Under the pieces are notes generated by a model that was given only the letters and a program-made list of their open reading frames with translations, was not told the origin of the DNA and made no database searches. This document shows positions 61,770-64,000 of a stretch of DNA of 64,000 nt, one piece after another (the first letter of the stretch is position 1; each line of letters begins with the position of its first letter). A program made the translations under genes and the position numbers. Source of the stretch: Stegostoma tigrinum (lineage: Eukaryota); NCBI RefSeq assembly GCF_030684315.1, contig NC_081396.1, positions 6,138,001 through 6,202,000 on the forward strand. The letters are read 5' to 3'.

Positions 61770-62110
61770 AACCCTCACGCATGCGCATTGCTCCCAGCAT
61801 ATTCAAGATGGCGGCCGTTCTGCCGGAGCTGATCCCGGGCAAAGACCCCCTGCCTCACAAATGGGGCAGTTTCAGGTTATTATTCGAGTTTCGAAGTGTT
61901 TATAATCCATCCCAGTTCCCCCGCTCCGGCTCCAGCGCTCCCTCCGCGGTCCCGCATCCTCACCGCCTGCAGGAGACGATAAAAACAGCGCCTCTGACCC
62001 TGGTGGTCACTCACTGCAGATGCGCCGGGTGGAATTGCGCATGCGCGCTGCTCTCCTGTGACCTGCATAGGGGACGTTCTTCACCGTGCGGAATGATGGG
62101 TAAAGACACT
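61770..62110. promoter_or_regulatory. CpG-island, putative bidirectional ZNF promoter
   Basis: NRF1 palindromes at about 61778 and 62036, YY1 site CAAGATGGCGGC at about 61804, minus-strand donor GCG|GTGAGG at about 61963, plus-strand donor ATGG|GTAAAG at 62100. Confidence 0.6.
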
Positions 62111-62819
62111 GCCATTGCTGCGTGACTTTCTGTCCTGCTACGATCTGGTGGTTATGCAATTTTTTTTTGGTGGTGGGGGAAGTGGGCCAATCAATTAAAT
62201 TAGGAACCCAACTGCAAAGGCGCCGTTGCCATAGTTGCAGAGCGCTGCAGTCTCATTAGAGGGAGTGAATGGGTGGTGTATTGAACCTGGGGGCCGGCAC
62301 ACCTCAGGCGAGGGGTGGGTTTGTGAAGACGAAACCTGCACGATGACGTCAGCCAGTGCATGGAATCTGACTTGCTCAGATGATGCCGTACACCACACAC
62401 CAGCCACCTGACCCGTACATGAAATTGTAGTGCAGTAGCGGTGGAGGAAAAGGCAATAGTCCCGTGAATGTATGTAGACAGAAAAAAAATTCTACCGTGG
62501 TAAGTTTATGTCCATTGAAAGAAGAGGGTACTTTTCAACCTAGTTCTTGCGAATTAGGTAGCTCAAGTGTCAATCAGAGAACATTGTAACGATACTGTGG
62601 CTTTAAGACGTTATTGTATCCTGTTTTGTTTTTAAAAGAGCGGTGAAAACTCATTAGGTAAGCAACTTGAGACCTTGTGTTTTTTTAAAAAAGCTGGAAC
62701 TACAGAAGCAGCCTGAATGAGTGTGGTCAATATCGTCGCAGTGTTTGATGATAATTATCGACGTATGTGAAGTTTAAGGTGATAGCTAAAGGAACAAGGA
62801 ACACTCCAGAATAAGGCCT

Positions 62820-63115
62820 TAGAAGGAAACAGCACTGTTCAAAGTGGTGAGAAATCATATACGTGTGTGTGTTGAAGAGGCTTCAGCTGATAGCTGTCCT
62901 GTTGAAGAAAAGCACATCCACACTGGAGAGACTCCATAGAAATGTCAGGATTATGGGAAAAACTGAATTTCTCAGATGAGATGGAATGTCATTGACAGTC
63001 ATATCAGGAGCAAGCATTCACTCGTTATCTGTGTGGGAAGGATTCATTCAGTTATCCGACCTGCCAAGACACCAGCAAGTTCATATTGATGAGAGACCTT
63101 TTAAATTTGTGGGAA
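62820..63115 (+). pseudogene. Heavily decayed zinc-finger pseudogene
   Basis: GAAGGAAACAGCACTGTTCAAAGTGGTGAGAAATCATATACGTGT (EGNSTVQSGEKSYTC, compare [16 protein letters not shown] at about 26206), CACACTGGAGAG and CACCAGCAAGTTCATATTGATGAGAGACCTTTTAAA, with stops and frameshifts. Confidence 0.8.
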
Positions 63116-63669
63116 CTTTAATCAAGTTATTCAGACACATTGTGACACATGACATTCGCTGATAGAATTTGAATCTGGGCCTTTTAGGCAGAATGTAGGG
63201 ACATTATCACTCCATCTGTGTGGAGGATAAAATCTTCCAGAATACTTTAAAATAATGTGGACTTTTCTGATGAAAGTGGATGAAAGTTAAAGCCCAAATT
63301 TGCAGAGCTTAATGTCCAAGGGATTGGGGTGCAGGTAAGTTCGTGTCTCCAATGATAAAAAAAAGTCTCCCTTACTGAGGTTTGGATGGAGATTCTCAGT
63401 TTACTGAGAGTTGTTTCCAGCTGGCTAGTTTCAGCGATTCATTGCCAAAATGATTAATAACAAAAATTACTCGACAGAACAAACATTTCTATCATTACCA
63501 TTAAACAAAAGAGATGCTACTATTTATGCTCACTTGTCCAGGAGGATGTACAACACACTTTCAGCAGTGGCATATCTGTTGTAAAAGTCTCACAGAACTG
63601 ATGTTAAATCAACCTGTTCACTCTGATGACAGACCGAGGGGCCAAGTAGCCTGATCCTGCACCTATGTT

Positions 63670-64000
63670 CCACCCCTTCTCTCATTTCCCTCCCCAATAC
63701 ACATGCGCTCTCTTACTCTTTCTCTTCCGTCTCTTTGCTTCCTCTCCATTTTGCTCACCCCTCTCTCTCATGGTCGCTTGGTATCATGCACTCTCCATCT
63801 ACCCCTTCTCCTGTGCTGACTTTCTCTTGTCCCAATCTCTCCTGTTCTTGTCTTGATTGTAACCTCTCTCACTCTCTTCCCTCCCCCAACTCAAACTCAT
63901 GCTCTTGTGTTTCACGCTTTCTCTTGCCTGCCTCTCTCTTTCATCCTCTTACTTCCTTGCCCCCCCACCACCTTTTTCAGTTACCCCTTCTCTCTCACCT
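63670..64000. repeat. Pyrimidine-rich (CT) low-complexity tract
   Basis: Strong C/T bias on the plus strand. Confidence 0.85.

Overview
Eukaryotic, repeat-dense vertebrate DNA. The repeat content (HE1-type V-SINEs, SacSINE1/DeuSINE-type SINEs, HER1/CR1 LINEs) points to a cartilaginous fish, probably a shark; this is inferred, not searched. The window is part of a cluster of KRAB-less C2H2 zinc-finger genes. It has two intact arrays (13 fingers at 26158-27450 and 9 fingers at 41529-42287), one short array (424-897, minus), a disrupted array (about 52587-52971, minus) and several decayed remnants. These genes share a CpG-island promoter cassette (Staf/ZNF143-like, NRF1-like and intronic YY1-like motifs) and a conserved splice-acceptor/leader-exon motif. 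Between the genes lie many CR1, RTE and Rex1/Babar LINE fragments, SINEs, solo LTRs and a young Penelope-like element (PLE) family (RT C-terminus plus GIY-YIG endonuclease). The PLE 3' end carries a minimal hammerhead ribozyme. It recurs as fold-back insertions ranging from about 165-bp hairpins to a 1.44-kb inverted repeat with apparently identical arms, with consistent 14-15 bp target-site duplications. All coordinates were read by eye, and family names come from motif recognition rather than database searches.
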